A DNA stretch of 35,969 bases from Candidatus Nomurabacteria bacterium (GTDB lineage Bacteria > Patescibacteriota > Minisyncoccia > Phycocordibacterales > CALRBL01). Within the stretch, counting starts at the first letter, position 1. Every line of letters starts with the position of its first letter. The stretch spans positions 1 through 35,969 of the forward strand of contig CAWIDS010000002.1 of the NCBI GenBank assembly GCA_963834935.1, given 5' to 3'. Both the position numbers and the translations under genes were made by a program. Below, piece after piece: positions 15,954-27,523 of the stretch. The notes under the pieces were generated by a model that worked only from the letters and a program-made list of their open reading frames with translations, ran no database searches and was not told the DNA's origin.

Positions 15954-17066
15954 TTATGCGGTTTGATATCTGGAAACGTTAAGGATTATGCCGACTTCGG
16001 CAAGGGTGATGAAAAGTGCTGTCCCGCCATGGCTGATGAAGAGAGCGGATCTGAAACCGGCACGATGCCGAGCATCGAAGCAATATTGATCATCGACCCT
16101 GTGGTGATAAGTATAACAATTCCGACCACAAGCAGTCTACCGAATTGATCGGGCGTGCGCGTGGCTATCTTGAAGCCGAGAAGCGTAAAGGCTACATAAA
16201 GAAGTATCAAGGCTGTACCGCCGATAAAGTCGAATTCCGCGCCAGCTACAGCGAACACCGAATCTCCGATAGGCTCAGGCAGGAAGTTGAATTTTTGGAC
16301 GCTTTGTCCGAAGCCGCGGCCGAAGAGGCCCCCAGATCTGATTCCTATCATGGACTGCTGTATCTGATAACCGTCTTCCGGTCGGGTCGCTCGTAGGATC
16401 TATAAACGTATGAATATTATCATCACTTACGGTCGTTTTATTGTAAAATTTGAAAACCTACTGATGCTGATAGCAAGCAATATCAAGAGATCTCTCCATC
16501 TCGCGCCTGCAATCATATACATGGCCAAACGGGCCACGAAGACGACTCCAAAAGTGACTGTATCGGGCTGGCTCAAAATAAGTGCACCGGGAAATGGCGC
16601 TCACGGCCAAGAATGATATCGGTGCCGTATTTGAAAGTGGCTCCTTTGCTTTTTATTCCTGAAAGCCAGGTCGCGAAATAAATGACGAAACCGACCTTAT
16701 ACACTTCAGACGGCTGAAAAAGAGAAAGAGCCGAAGCTCATCCATCGTGGCGCACCCTTCAGCTTGATGCCAAGATGTGCTGCACCAAAAGCATTATTAG
16801 GAGAAGCATCCAGAATCCGTAGAGTCAAAAAGGGGATATTTCCCTCCACAAGCGATAGTTGATTCGGGAAGTGATGTACATCGCAATGCTGCCGAGGACC
16901 AAGCCGAAGTGGTCATCTGGTTGATGATTACAGACTTGAAAGTATTGTTCGTCTGGGCGACAAGGTGGAGCGACGCCGAGGGTACAGTCAGAATCCCGCT
17001 ATCATCAGGATAAGCACGCTGATAAAAAAAGGCTTATCGTACCGACTTTTTCTTCATGGAACTCAT
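15954..17066 (-). pseudogene. ftsW: ftsW, error-laden mirror copy (probable artefact)
   Basis: Reverse complement of 29525-30631 with many indels. Confidence 0.75.
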
Positions 17067-18141
17067 CCTATTATCGAGATTATTATGCCGACAGCTCCAG
17101 TAATGATTGATAGCACCCAGAATCGCATGGTCACTTTGTACCAAGGCCAGCCGATCGCCTCAAGATGATGGTGAAGCGGCGCTACGCCGAAAGACTTTCT
17201 TCTTGAAGAATTTCTTCGAGAACATCTGAATCGATGACGAAAGCGAAGTAATGAAAAGCGGGAAAGCCGAGTAGTGCAAGCAAGAATGGCGGCCCCGTCA
17301 GGAATGCCACTGATAGCAAGCGTTACCGAAAGGCCGAGCATGCCTGTCTCGCCCATATAGAATCTTGCGGGGCGGAGTATTGAACCATAGGGAAGGTTTA
17401 GGATTCCTCCTACTTTCAGTGCGCAAAAAGGCAGCCAGATTTATCTTTTTTCTGATTATTGAGGAACGCAATGACCATATATGAGCCCCATGCAGTTGCC
17501 ATTACTCCCCCGGCAAGGTAAATGCCATCCCCCGATCCTGAAAAGACTCCGAGCATGACCAGGATGAAGAAAGGTATGAAAAAGATGCCGAAATCGAAAT
17601 CGCCGGCGAAAGGTATGTGAACTGATGTGTCAGCCAATTTGACTGCAAACCACCAGGCCGCTTATTGATGAGAAGCACCACGAAACGCGATACCTTCGGG
17701 AAATGCCGTCATCGTACTTGCCCATTCCGCGTATCTGCAGCATGTCATCGATGAAGCCGATAAGAGATGCGAATATGAGGCCAAAAAGCGGAGAAATAGT
17801 TTGATTCTTGTTCAGGAAGTTCAGCTTCTCATTGAGACCTCCCCCCCCCACAGTGGAGTTCAGATAGATGAGGGAAATGGTAATGAGCACCGATACCCAG
17901 ATGATCACCCCTCCTACGCGTGGAGTCGAAAGTTCCCCGCATTCATTATGGATTTTTTTGAAGTCTTCGAGAAATCTTGTCTTCTGGCCGGTCGCTCACC
18001 TCGATCTTGCGAGATTTCTGCTTCCAAAGCCGCTGCATATAGAAGAAAGTGGAGAAAAATGGAGTGATTAGGATGCCTACCATGAAGGAGATAACTGGCC
18101 GGCGCGAAGACTTTGATGATATCAAGAGTGAGAAAATCCAT
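17063..18141 (-). pseudogene. mraY: mraY, error-laden mirror copy (probable artefact)
   Basis: Reverse complement of 28455-29528; fragments in several frames. Confidence 0.75.
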
Positions 18142-18144
18142 TGC

Positions 18145-19092
18145 CTATTTATTATACGTTTGCAGTGTGCTTGAGGCAAGAAGAAGCATGTCACTGAAAA
18201 CTGCTGTTATAGGTTGATCCAAGCACGGTCAACTATTATGACGGGATCACCAGGAGCCCTGTTGAAGAGAATTATAAGGTTTCCGCCCCCTGCATTAGTG
18301 AATCCTGTCTTCTTGCCGGCCAGCATTCCGGGGATCTTGTCCGTGATGGTATCCGTATTTCAGCATGATGAGTTGAAGAATTAGAGGGAAAAATCATGCG
18401 TTGCATACTTCGTATACTCAAAAATGTCAGCAGTATTCGTAATATACGTATTCGAAAAGTGAGCTGATTTCCTTGGCTGAACTCACGCCTCCATGAACAT
18501 GAAACTTATTATTCATCAAGTCCTTTCTAATTGGTGAAATGAAGGGTCTCGAGATTCATAATCTTCGCCTCTTCATTCATCATGGTGACCAACGGCACGC
18601 TCGAAAAAGCGTCTGCAATCTGCTGTGCTCCGTCATTAGAAGACATCATCAGTGCTGAACTTGAGCAAGATCCAGGAATTTCCATTTCTCACCTACCTTC
18701 AACCCGCTGTCTCCCAGCTGCGCTATGGCCTGGGGTTTGATAGTGATATCTGGATCCTTGTCTCCGCACTGATTCTTCGGTGACAAGCGCTGTCATTATC
18801 TTTGTAAGCGAAGCAAGCGGACTGGCATGTCGGAACTCTTCTCGTAAATGACTCTGCCCTCCTTGATGTCGTAGATATATACGGCCTTTGCGGAAACAGG
18901 GGAGATCGCTAAACCGAAAAAAAACGGTAGCGCAGGCTGCTGCTGGATTTGAAAGGTGCACTATAGCAGCAGCCTCGCTTTGCGATACGGTGAGGATTTA
19001 TTCCCGAGAGAAAAAATATGATGAAGGAAAAGACGGCCAGGGTGGATATTATCGAGAATACAATTATCTTGTTGTTCACTTCTTGCTTAATC
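18145..19092 (-). pseudogene. D,D-peptidase gene, error-laden mirror copy (probable artefact)
   Basis: Reverse complement of 27516-28451; the ASLTKIMTAL fragment is retained. Confidence 0.7.
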
Positions 19093-20387
19093 ACCTCTCT
19101 TTTTTCATTATTCTTAAAATCCTCAATTTCTTTCCTCACTGTTACGTATAAGTCACACTCTTCGAGCTTTGAGATGCCGAAAAAAAAAGCAGGTCGAGCG
19201 TCGGCCTATACGCAAAAACCCTACCCTCTTTTGATTTTAGGCCGCGGATCAGCAGGTTCCTAAGAATGAATCCCGAATTCCGACTCCGCGGATATAGTTG
19301 ATTTCTTTTTTTGAAAGCGGGCCCCTGATAGGGAATGATCGAAAGCGTCTCAAGCTGTGCAAAGGGGCGAGTTCCTTGACTAATTCGTCTTTTGAAAGCA
19401 TTTCGATGAGAGGGATGCTTTTCGGATGAGTCTTCAAGATCATCTCGCCTCCATTCCGTTGGAGGGACTTATTTCCCTACCCTTGAGCGATTCTTCAAGG
19501 GGCAGTGGAGCGCGGCACAAATTTCACTTTTGTCTTATCAGGACACTTTCTGTAGCCATGCAGCAGTGACTGATTCATTTTTCCAGTAAATAGCAGGCTT
19601 TCTATTGAATTTTCAAGCCATATATCAGGCATCGTTTATTGATAGTTAGGGGAGGAACCACATTATGGTTTCTAAATCCAGATATCGTCAAAGAGGGCGC
19701 GGCCGATTGAATCTCCACGATGCCCCGCTTCACGAGCTCAAGCATAGCAAGTAAAGCTGGACGATGACGTTGACCTTCTCATCAATCGAAAAGGTCTGTG
19801 CTGCTGTGTCTTGGAGAAATCCTTGAAACTGAGCGTAAGGGCTGGATTTGATGCCGGTTCGCCAGGTCATCTATGGTCTCTTCGAGGCTTCTGATCTTGC
19901 GCACGGTCACTTATTGAATTTTTTCTTTTGCGGCAGAGTGGCTACGACATTCTTGATGGCTTTGACGAGGGCACCAATAGTGATGTCTGGCGATGGCGAA
20001 AAAATCACTTCAGGCAGCCTTTCCTCGGCGCTAAACAGGATACGCCTGCCGAAGTGCGTTTAATGTATATATAGTCCTTCTCGCATCTCCTTGTAGGCTT
20101 TGAGACGCTCCCTCGAGTTCTCCTGATGTTTTTTTCCTCTTCTTCGGTCAGCGACAAGTCAGGAAGAAGTGGAGCGCGACTTGATGAGAAGCAGCGTCGA
20201 GGCGACGACGATGAAATCTGCTGTATCTCCCATGCAGAAATTACCCAGGCTTTCGATGTAGGCGATGAAGTCGTCAGTCACCTTTGCTAGGGAGATGTCA
20301 TTGATGGAAGAGTTTCCTGCCGTGGACAAGCGACAGTAGCACATCGAGTGGCCCTTCGAATATCTAAGTCTTGATGCTAAAAGCCAT
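19085..20387 (-). pseudogene. scpB (~19085-19632) and scpA (~19636-20387), error-laden mirror copies (probable artefact)
   Basis: Reverse complement of 26234-27523. Confidence 0.7.
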
Positions 20388-20393
20388 AGTGAT

Positions 20394-21138
20394 TTATGAG
20401 ATGATTAATTGCTGCGTTCTCTTCATTTTCTCTGGAGAGGCCCTCTTGTAATCATGCGAGGTGATATATCCTTCGAAATGCGGGTGAAGGACTTCGTGTT
20501 CGCTCCCACTAAATAAACTTTCATTCAGCCATGTTTGCCGTGCCTGTGCATTGGAAATAGCTTAGCGTGCACACGGTCCAGCCACCGAAGCCTTCGAAGA
20601 CGTGGGCGGTGCGGCCGACATCATCTAGTTCGCTGTCGCAGAAGCTTCTCCAACCTCCTTTGCAGCAAGGATGAGGTCGGAAAACACGATCATCAGGCAA
20701 TATCGAAGGCATAGCTTCCGTAATGCTGCTTAGGAATAACCACAGTCACTCCTTCGGTATTAGGAAAGATGTCAGGAAAGCTGATATGCTTTTCGTCTTC
20801 CCAGACCTTATATGAAGGAGCGCTGCCACGTACTATTTCGCAGAAAATGCACGACATAGGCTTTGCCGGAAACGGGTATTATGAAAGATGCTTCGAGAGA
20901 AGCTTGGTCATCTCGAACATGGTGACTGTTCCTTTTCCGCCGAAGACATCCTTGAGTGGGGCGTCACAACGATGTTCCGCTTGTTCTTTGGATCCTGGAG
21001 ATAAGTTTTTCTTCTTTATGTAAGCCCAGATCTTCTTGGTCTCCCCTATTGGGGCATCGGACCTTTTCCGACTAATGCAGAATGTTCTGCGCTGATAGTC
21101 ATCGGTTTCATAAATGCTGAGATTGATTTTGTGGGCAT
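20394..21138 (-). pseudogene. HIT (~20394-20857) and SWIB (~20879-21138) genes, error-laden mirror copies (probable artefact)
   Basis: Reverse complement of 25496-26227. Confidence 0.7.
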
Positions 21139-21182
21139 AAATTTTTGGTTAATCACCTATGATGCGTAGTATAGCATCATTT

Positions 21183-22605
21183 TTACTTCTTTACATCAAT
21201 ACCCAATTCCTTGAGCTGTGTTGGTGAAATGCTATCAGGGCTTCCCATCATCAGAATCTCTTCCTTCTCCAGTCTTCGGAAAGGCTATCACCTCGCGGAT
21301 ATTGGGTTCGTTCTGGAGAAGTATGACCATGCGGTCGATGCCTGGTAGCGAACCCGCCGTGCGGAGGGGCACTCATAAGTGAAAGGTTCGAGCATATGTG
21401 AGAATTTCTTTTGCTGCTCTTCCTCTGAAATATTAAGAAGCTTGAATACGTTCTGCTGTAGGCTCTTCTGGTGGATCGGACGCTTCCGGAGCTTAGCTTA
21501 TAGCCATTCAAGACCAGGTCATAAGCGTTCGCGCGTAGGGGGAGAACAGGTCTTCGCCTTTCATGAATTTTTCCACGTCTTCTTCCTTTACCGAACAGAA
21601 AGGATGGTGTACCGTCTTGAAGATTCCCCTTCCTTGTTCTTCTTGAACATCGGGAAATCAATGATCCAGACCGAAGCCAAGCTCATCAGGATTATTCTTG
21701 TTCTTCCGTATGTTCAGGCTTATCATTACCAGCAGGGAACCATTGATTCCTTGTAGGTCATCTGAGGAAACGGGATTTCAGTGTAATGTTTTTTGAGGGA
21801 TACAGGGTTTTGACGAGATCAATGAGCATCGTCTTCGGTGTATCTGAATGATTTCTGGTTGATCCTGCGAATGATATCTCGTAGTCAAGCTGGGCGAATT
21901 CAGGCTGACGATTTTTTTATATCCACATCGCGCATGCATCGCGTTGATTCGGAAGTATTTTTCAAAGCCCGGCTCACTATTTGAAAGCTGCTTGAACTGT
22001 CTGCGCGGACTGCGGCAAAGCATAGAACTTTCCTTCTTTTTCAAGGCGCTGAAGGCACGAGGCACCCATGCTATCCTTGTGGTGTTCCTCGCATGAGCAT
22101 CGGCGTCTAAATCTCGACGGAGCCATTCTTGTGCATATAATCCCGGAAGAAAGTAATGATCGAGTCACGCATGTGGAGGTTTTTCTGAAGCCTTTCCCGG
22201 CGAAGATCGAGGTATCTGTATTTGAGGCGCACTTCCTCACAAATCTCCGTTCCGGGTGTCGAAGGGTCGAAAAGGCGGCGTCTCAGATTCGTTGAGGATA
22301 TTGATGTTCAGGTATCTCAAGCTCTCATTGAGCCGTTCATCTTGTCTTTTTGGACATTCTTCTCAGGGCGAAGGATTGACTTTTCCTTTTACTTCGACGA
22401 CCCATTGGGGACGGAGCTTTGATCCCACTGGTGTGAGCCTCAGCAGCATTCGGCAGGATAACACCTTGCACTTTTCCGGTCATGTCGCTGGTAATCGAGG
22501 AAAATCAGCTTGCCTTGGTCGCGTCGGATGTCTACCCAGCCTGCAATAGTCACTTCCTGTCCCGTTTCTCGGCGAGATCCCTGATGTGCTGCCGCGGTTG
22601 GTCAT
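21183..22605 (-). pseudogene. aspS: aspS, error-laden mirror copy (probable artefact)
   Basis: Reverse complement of 24059-25453. Confidence 0.75.
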
Positions 22606-22634
22606 TGTGATGTGCATTTTAACAGAAAAAGCCC

Positions 22635-23323
22635 CTAGATTCCAGCCAATGCTTCTTTGAGAGTACATGAGCCGATAATATGCATTTCAGACATTGCTCT
22701 GGTGAGTGCGACGTAAAGGAGGTCCTTTTCAATCTTTTTGAATTCATCGATAAATTCGGGATTCAAAGATTGCTCGTCTACTTGACGAAAGAGTTCTTTG
22801 TCAATGGCTATAATGCATACAATATCGAATTCAACCCCTTGCGATTCAGCCATGGTGCAAGCATCAACGTTCCGATTATCAACTGAAAGCCTCCTTGAGT
22901 TCCTTAATATCGTCTTGATTTTTACCGATGATCCCTATTGTTTTCATTTCATCTCCTTTATTGAGTTTTGGTTGCTATATCCCGAAATGCCACAATAGTT
23001 TCACCGATGGGGACACTATTTTTTCACTCACTTCCCTTCCTTCTTTCAAACCATGAGGAATATCCACGTCAAAACCGAGATTTTGTATATAATTCGTGAT
23101 TTGCTTAATATTGCGATATACCTTCTGAAATTTTATCTCGTTCGGTCATCCTTTAGGTTTTCTGGGATCTCACCCCAGGTATCGTATCGTTCTAAAACGT
23201 ACTTGCTGAGCTAGGTCGCCTGAAAATATCATTGATTCAGTTTCTTTGTTGATGCATTGCTTGAGTAAAAGAAGTTGTTCAGGCATATAATTTTGAAATT
23301 TGTCGACAACCATCAAGGAATAA
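22635..23323 (-). pseudogene. Helicase 3' fragment, error-laden mirror copy (probable artefact)
   Basis: Reverse complement of 23345-24029. Confidence 0.7.
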
Positions 23324-23344
23324 GACCGAGAAGAAGATATTAAA
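23324..23344. other. Fold-back loop (21 nt of unique sequence)
   Basis: CCATCAAGGAATAA-[GACCGAGAAGAAGATATTAAA]-TTATTCCTTGATGG. Confidence 0.92.
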
Positions 23345-24029
23345 TTATTCCTTGATGGTTGTAGACGAATTTCAAAATTATATGCCTGAACAACTTCTTT
23401 TACTCAAGCAATGCATCAACAAAGAAACTGAATCAATGATTTACGTAGGCGACCTAGCTCAGCAAGTACGTTTAGGAACGATACGATCCTGGGGTGAAAT
23501 AGGAGAAAACCTAAAGGATGACCGAGCGATAAAACTTCAGAAGGTATATCGCAATACTAAGCAAATCTTGAATTATATACAAAATCTCGGTTTTGACGTG
23601 GATATTCCTCATGGTTTGAAAGAAGGAAGGGAAGTGAGTGAAAAAATAGTATCTGCATCGGATGAAACTATCAGTTACATTCGGGATATAGCAACCAAAA
23701 CTAGTCAAGGAGATGAAATGAAAACAATAGGGATCATCGGTAAAAATCAAGACGATATTAAGGAACTCAAGGAGGCTTTCGTTGATAATCGGAACATTCA
23801 TGTTTGCACCATGGCTGAATCGCAAGGGGTTGAATTCGATATTGTATGCATTATAGCCATTGACAAAGAACTCTTTCGTCTTGTAGACGAGCAATCTTTG
23901 AATCCCGAATTTATCGATGAATTCAAAAAGATTGAAAAGGACCTCCTTTACGTCGCACTCACCCGAGCAATGTCTGAAATGCATATTATCGGCTCATGTA
24001 CTCTCAAAGAAGCATTGGCTGGAATCTAG
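23325..24029 (+). CDS. SF1 helicase-like protein (UvrD/HelD-like), C-terminal part only; 5' end lost at the fold-back
   Basis: VVDEFQ (II), VGDLAQQ (III), YRNTKQI (IV), QGVEFD (V) and LYVALTRA (VI). The frame stays open through the loop (TEKKILNYSLMVVDEFQ). No Walker A motif. Confidence 0.85.
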   Translation, partial: TEKKILNYSLMVVDEFQNYMPEQLLLLKQCINKETESMIYVGDLAQQVRLGTIRSWGEIGENLKDDRAIKLQKVYRNTKQILNYIQNLGFDVDIPHGLKEGREVSEKIVSASDETISYIRDIATKTSQGDEMKTIGIIGKNQDDIKELKEAFVDNRNIHVCTMAESQGVEFDIVCIIAIDKELFRLVDEQSLNPEFIDEFKKIEKDLLYVALTRAMSEMHIIGSCTLKEALAGI

Positions 24030-24058
24030 GGGCTTTTTCTGTTAAAATGCACATCACT

Positions 24059-25453
24059 ATGACCAACCGCACTTACATCAGGGATCTCGCCGAGAAAACA
24101 GGACAGGAAGTGACTATTGCAGGCTGGGTAGACATCCGACGCGACCAAGGCAAGCTGATTTTCCTCGATTTCCGCGACATGACCGGAAAAGTGCAAGGTG
24201 TTATCCTGCCGAATGCTGCTGAGGCTCACACAGTGGGATCAAAGCTCCGTCCCGAATGGGTCGTCGAAGTAAAAGGAAAAGTCAATCCTCGCCCTGAGAA
24301 GAATGTCCAAAAAGACAAGATGAACGGCTCAATAGAGCTTGAGATCCTGAACATCAATATCCTCAACGAATCTGAGACGCCGCCTTTCGACCTTTCGACA
24401 CCCGGAACGGAGATTAGTGAGGAAGTGCGCCTCAAATACAGATACCTCGATCTTCGCCGGGAAAGGCTTCAGAAAAACCTCCACATGCGTGACTCGATCA
24501 TTACTTTCTTCCGGGATTATATGCACAAGAATGGCTTCGTCGAGATTGAGACACCAATGCTGATGCGAGGAACACCAGAAGGCTCGCGTGAATATGTCGT
24601 CCCTTCACGCCTTGAAAAAGGAAAGTTCTATGCTTTGCCGCAGTCACCGCAGCAGTTCAAGCAGCTTTCGATGGTCGCGGGCTTTGAAAAATACTTCCAA
24701 ATAGCGCGATGCATGCGCGATGAAGACCTGCGAGGCGACCGTCAGCCTGAATTCACCCAGCTTGACTACGAGATATCATTCGCAGATCAAGAAGAAATCA
24801 TTCAATACACCGAAGCGATGTTCATTGATCTCGTCAAAACCCTGTATCCCTCAAAAACATTCACTGAAATCCCGTTTCCTCAGATGACCTACAAGGAATC
24901 AATGGAAAAATATGGTAATGATAAGCCTGACATACGGAAGAACAAGAATAATCCTGATGAGCTTGGCTTCGTCTGGATCATTGATTTCCCGATGTTCGAG
25001 AAAGACAAGGAAGGAAATATTCAAGCGGTACACCATCCTTTCTGTTCGGTAAAGGAAGAAGACATGGAAAAATTCATGAAAGGCGAAGACCTGTTCTCCC
25101 TACGCGCGAACGCTTATGACCTGGTCTTGAATGGCTATGAGCTAAGCTCCGGAAGCATCCGAATCCACCAGAAGAGCCTACAGCAGAACGTATTCAAGCT
25201 TCTTAATATTTCAGAGGAAGAGCAGCAAAAGAAATTCTCGCATATGCTCGAAGCCTTCACTTATGGTGCCCCTCCGCACGGCGGATTCGCTCCAGGCATC
25301 GACCGCATCGTCATGCTTCTCCAGAACGAACCCAATATCCGCGAGGTGATAGCCTTTCCGAAGACTGGAGAGGGAAGAGACCTGATGATGGGAAGCCCTG
25401 ATAGCATTTCACCAACACAGCTCAAGGAATTGGGTATTGATGTAAAGAAGTAA
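24059..25453 (+). CDS. aspS: Aspartate--tRNA ligase, short form (464 aa)
   Basis: RLKYRYLDLRR, LPQSPQ.FKQ, RDEDLRGDRQPEFTQLD, HHPF, GAPPHGG and [19 protein letters not shown] lies 10 nt before ATG 24059. Confidence 0.96.
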   Translation: MTNRTYIRDLAEKTGQEVTIAGWVDIRRDQGKLIFLDFRDMTGKVQGVILPNAAEAHTVGSKLRPEWVVEVKGKVNPRPEKNVQKDKMNGSIELEILNINILNESETPPFDLSTPGTEISEEVRLKYRYLDLRRERLQKNLHMRDSIITFFRDYMHKNGFVEIETPMLMRGTPEGSREYVVPSRLEKGKFYALPQSPQQFKQLSMVAGFEKYFQIARCMRDEDLRGDRQPEFTQLDYEISFADQEEIIQYTEAMFIDLVKTLYPSKTFTEIPFPQMTYKESMEKYGNDKPDIRKNKNNPDELGFVWIIDFPMFEKDKEGNIQAVHHPFCSVKEEDMEKFMKGEDLFSLRANAYDLVLNGYELSSGSIRIHQKSLQQNVFKLLNISEEEQQKKFSHMLEAFTYGAPPHGGFAPGIDRIVMLLQNEPNIREVIAFPKTGEGRDLMMGSPDSISPTQLKELGIDVKK

Positions 25454-25495
25454 AAATGATGCTATACTACGCATCATAGTAATAACCAAAAATTT

Positions 25496-25753
25496 ATGCC
25501 CACAAAATCAAATTCAGCATTTATGAAACCGATGACTATCAGCGCAGAACTTGCTGCCGTCGTCGGAAAAGGTCCGATGCCCCGATCAGAAGTCACCAAG
25601 AAGATCTGGGCTTACATAAAGAAGAACGATCTCCAGGATCCAAAGAACAAGCGGAACATCGTTGCTGACGCCCCACTCAAGGAAGTCTTCGGCGGAAAAG
25701 GAACAGTCACCATGTTCGAGATGACCAAGCTTCTCTCGAAGCATCTTTCATAA
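25496..25753 (+). CDS. Standalone SWIB/MDM2 domain protein
   Basis: SAELAAVVG...PRSEVTKKIWAYIKKNDLQDPKNKRNIVAD...MFEMTKLLSKHL. Confidence 0.92.
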   Translation: MPTKSNSAFMKPMTISAELAAVVGKGPMPRSEVTKKIWAYIKKNDLQDPKNKRNIVADAPLKEVFGGKGTVTMFEMTKLLSKHLS

Positions 25754-25774
25754 TACCCGTTTCCGGCAAAGCCT

Positions 25775-26227
25775 ATGTCGTGCATTTTCTGCGAAATAGT
25801 ACATGGCAGCGCTCCTTCATATAAGGTCTGGGAAGACGAAAAGCATATCGCTTTCCTCAGCATCTTTCCTAATACCGAAGGAGTGACTGTGGTTATTCCT
25901 AAGCAGCATTACGGAAGCTATGCCTTCGATCTGCCTGATGATGTGCTTTCCGACCTCATCCTTGCTGCAAAGAAGGTGGCAAAGCTGCTCGACAGCAAGC
26001 TAGATGATGTCGGCCGCACGGCCCTCGTCTTCGAAGGCTTCGGTGTCGACCATGTGCACGCTAAGCTATTTCCAATGCACGGCACGGCAAATATGGCTGA
26101 ATGGAAGCCTATTGAGTCAAGCGTACCGAAGTACTTCACCCGCTACGAAGGATATATCACCTCGCATGATTACAAGAGGGCCTCTGAGGAGAAAATGAAG
26201 AGAACACAGCAGAAAATCATCTCATAA
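25775..26227 (+). CDS. HIT family hydrolase
   Basis: MSCIFCEIV, AFLSIFP, VIPKQH and a variant histidine triad HVHAK. Confidence 0.9.
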   Translation: MSCIFCEIVHGSAPSYKVWEDEKHIAFLSIFPNTEGVTVVIPKQHYGSYAFDLPDDVLSDLILAAKKVAKLLDSKLDDVGRTALVFEGFGVDHVHAKLFPMHGTANMAEWKPIESSVPKYFTRYEGYITSHDYKRASEEKMKRTQQKIIS

Positions 26228-26233
26228 ATCACT

Positions 26234-26971
26234 ATGGCTTTTAGCATCAAGACTGAGATATTCGAAGGGCCACTCGATGTGCTACTGTCGCTTGTCGAGA
26301 AGAGGAAACTCTTCATCAATGACATCTCCCTAGCAAAGGTGACTGACGACTTCATCGCCTACATCGAAAGCCTGGGTAATTTCTGCATGGGAGATACAGC
26401 AGATTTCATCGTCATCGCCTCGACACTGCTTCTCATCAAGTCGCGCTCGCTTCTTCCTGACTTGTCGCTGACCGAAGAAGAGGAAAAAAGCGTCGGAGAA
26501 CTCGAGGAGCGTCTCAAAGCCTACAAGAGGATCAAGGAGCTCTCGGTTCACGTTAAAACGCGCTTCGGCAGGCATATCCTGTTTAGCGCCGAGGAAAGGC
26601 TGCCTGAAGTGATTTTTTCGCCATCGCCAGACATCACTATTGGTGCCCTCGTCAAAGCCATCAAGAATGTCCTTGCCACTCTGCCGCAAAAAGAAAAGCT
26701 TCCTGAAGTGACCGTGCGCAAGATCAGAAGCCTCGAAGAGACCATAGATGACCTGGCGAACCGCATCAAATCAGCCCTTACGCTCAGTTTCAAGGATTTC
26801 TCCAAGCACGGCGGCACAAGCCTTTCGAAAGAAGAGAAGGTCAACGTCATCGTCAGCTTTCTTGCTATGCTTGAGCTCGTGAAGCGGGGCATCGTCGAAG
26901 TCAATCAGCACGCCCTCTTTGACGATATCTCGATTGAGACCCATAATGTAACTATCCCTAACTATCAATAA
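26234..26971 (+). CDS. scpA: Segregation and condensation protein A
   Basis: FEGPLDVLLSLV, LLLIKSRSLLP and VSFLAMLELVKRG. Confidence 0.95.
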   Translation: MAFSIKTEIFEGPLDVLLSLVEKRKLFINDISLAKVTDDFIAYIESLGNFCMGDTADFIVIASTLLLIKSRSLLPDLSLTEEEEKSVGELEERLKAYKRIKELSVHVKTRFGRHILFSAEERLPEVIFSPSPDITIGALVKAIKNVLATLPQKEKLPEVTVRKIRSLEETIDDLANRIKSALTLSFKDFSKHGGTSLSKEEKVNVIVSFLAMLELVKRGIVEVNQHALFDDISIETHNVTIPNYQ

Positions 26972-26974
26972 ACG

Positions 26975-27523
26975 ATGCCTGATATATCGCTTGAAAATTC
27001 AATAGAAAGCCTGCTATTCTGGAAAAATGAATCAGTCACTGCTGCATGGCTACAGAATGTGCTTGATAAGAGCGAAAGTGAAATTTCTGCCGCGCTCGCT
27101 GCCCTTGAAGAATCGCTCAAGGGTAGGGGAATCATCCTCCAACGGAATGGAGGCGAGATGATCTTGAAGACTGATCCCGAAATGAGCCCTCTCATCGAAA
27201 TGCTTTCGAAAGACGAATTAGTCAAGGAACTCACCCCTTCGGCGCTTGAGACGCTTTCGATCATTCTCTATCGGGGCCCGCTTTCAAAAAAAGAAATCGA
27301 CTATATCCGCGGAGTCAATTCGGGATTCATTCTTAGGAACCTGCTGATCCGCGGCCTGATACTAAAGGAAGAATCAAAAGAGGGTAGGGGGCTTTCATAT
27401 AGGCCGACGCTCGACCTGCTTTCCCTCCTCGGCATCTCAAAGCTGGAGGAGCTTGAGGAATACGAGACAGTGAGGAAAGAAATTGAGGATTTTAAGAATA
27501 ATGAAGAAAAGAGAGATGCTTAA
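26975..27523 (+). CDS. scpB: Segregation and condensation protein B
   Basis: IESLLF, ALETLSIILYRGP, IDYIRGVNS and LLIRGLI. Confidence 0.95.
   Translation: MPDISLENSIESLLFWKNESVTAAWLQNVLDKSESEISAALAALEESLKGRGIILQRNGGEMILKTDPEMSPLIEMLSKDELVKELTPSALETLSIILYRGPLSKKEIDYIRGVNSGFILRNLLIRGLILKEESKEGRGLSYRPTLDLLSLLGISKLEELEEYETVRKEIEDFKNNEEKRDA

Larger units (their letters stand above)
10624..23323 (-). repeat. Left arm of the giant inverted duplication (fold-back)
   Basis: Reverse complement of 23345-35969. Mirrored gene coordinates sum to ~46588, e.g. 12377+34211 and 14593+31995. Confidence 0.98.

Noticed and set aside
15540-23323. Real pseudogenised duplicate, or DGR-like hypermutation
   Set aside because: Differences are indels and garbled bursts, not adenine-specific substitutions. 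No reverse transcriptase is present, and divergence switches abruptly between arms, as expected from polishing.
23310-23360. Hairpin telomere of a linear replicon
   Set aside because: The turn interrupts a helicase ORF and has a 21-nt asymmetric coding loop. No protelomerase is visible, and the arms carry one-sided errors.
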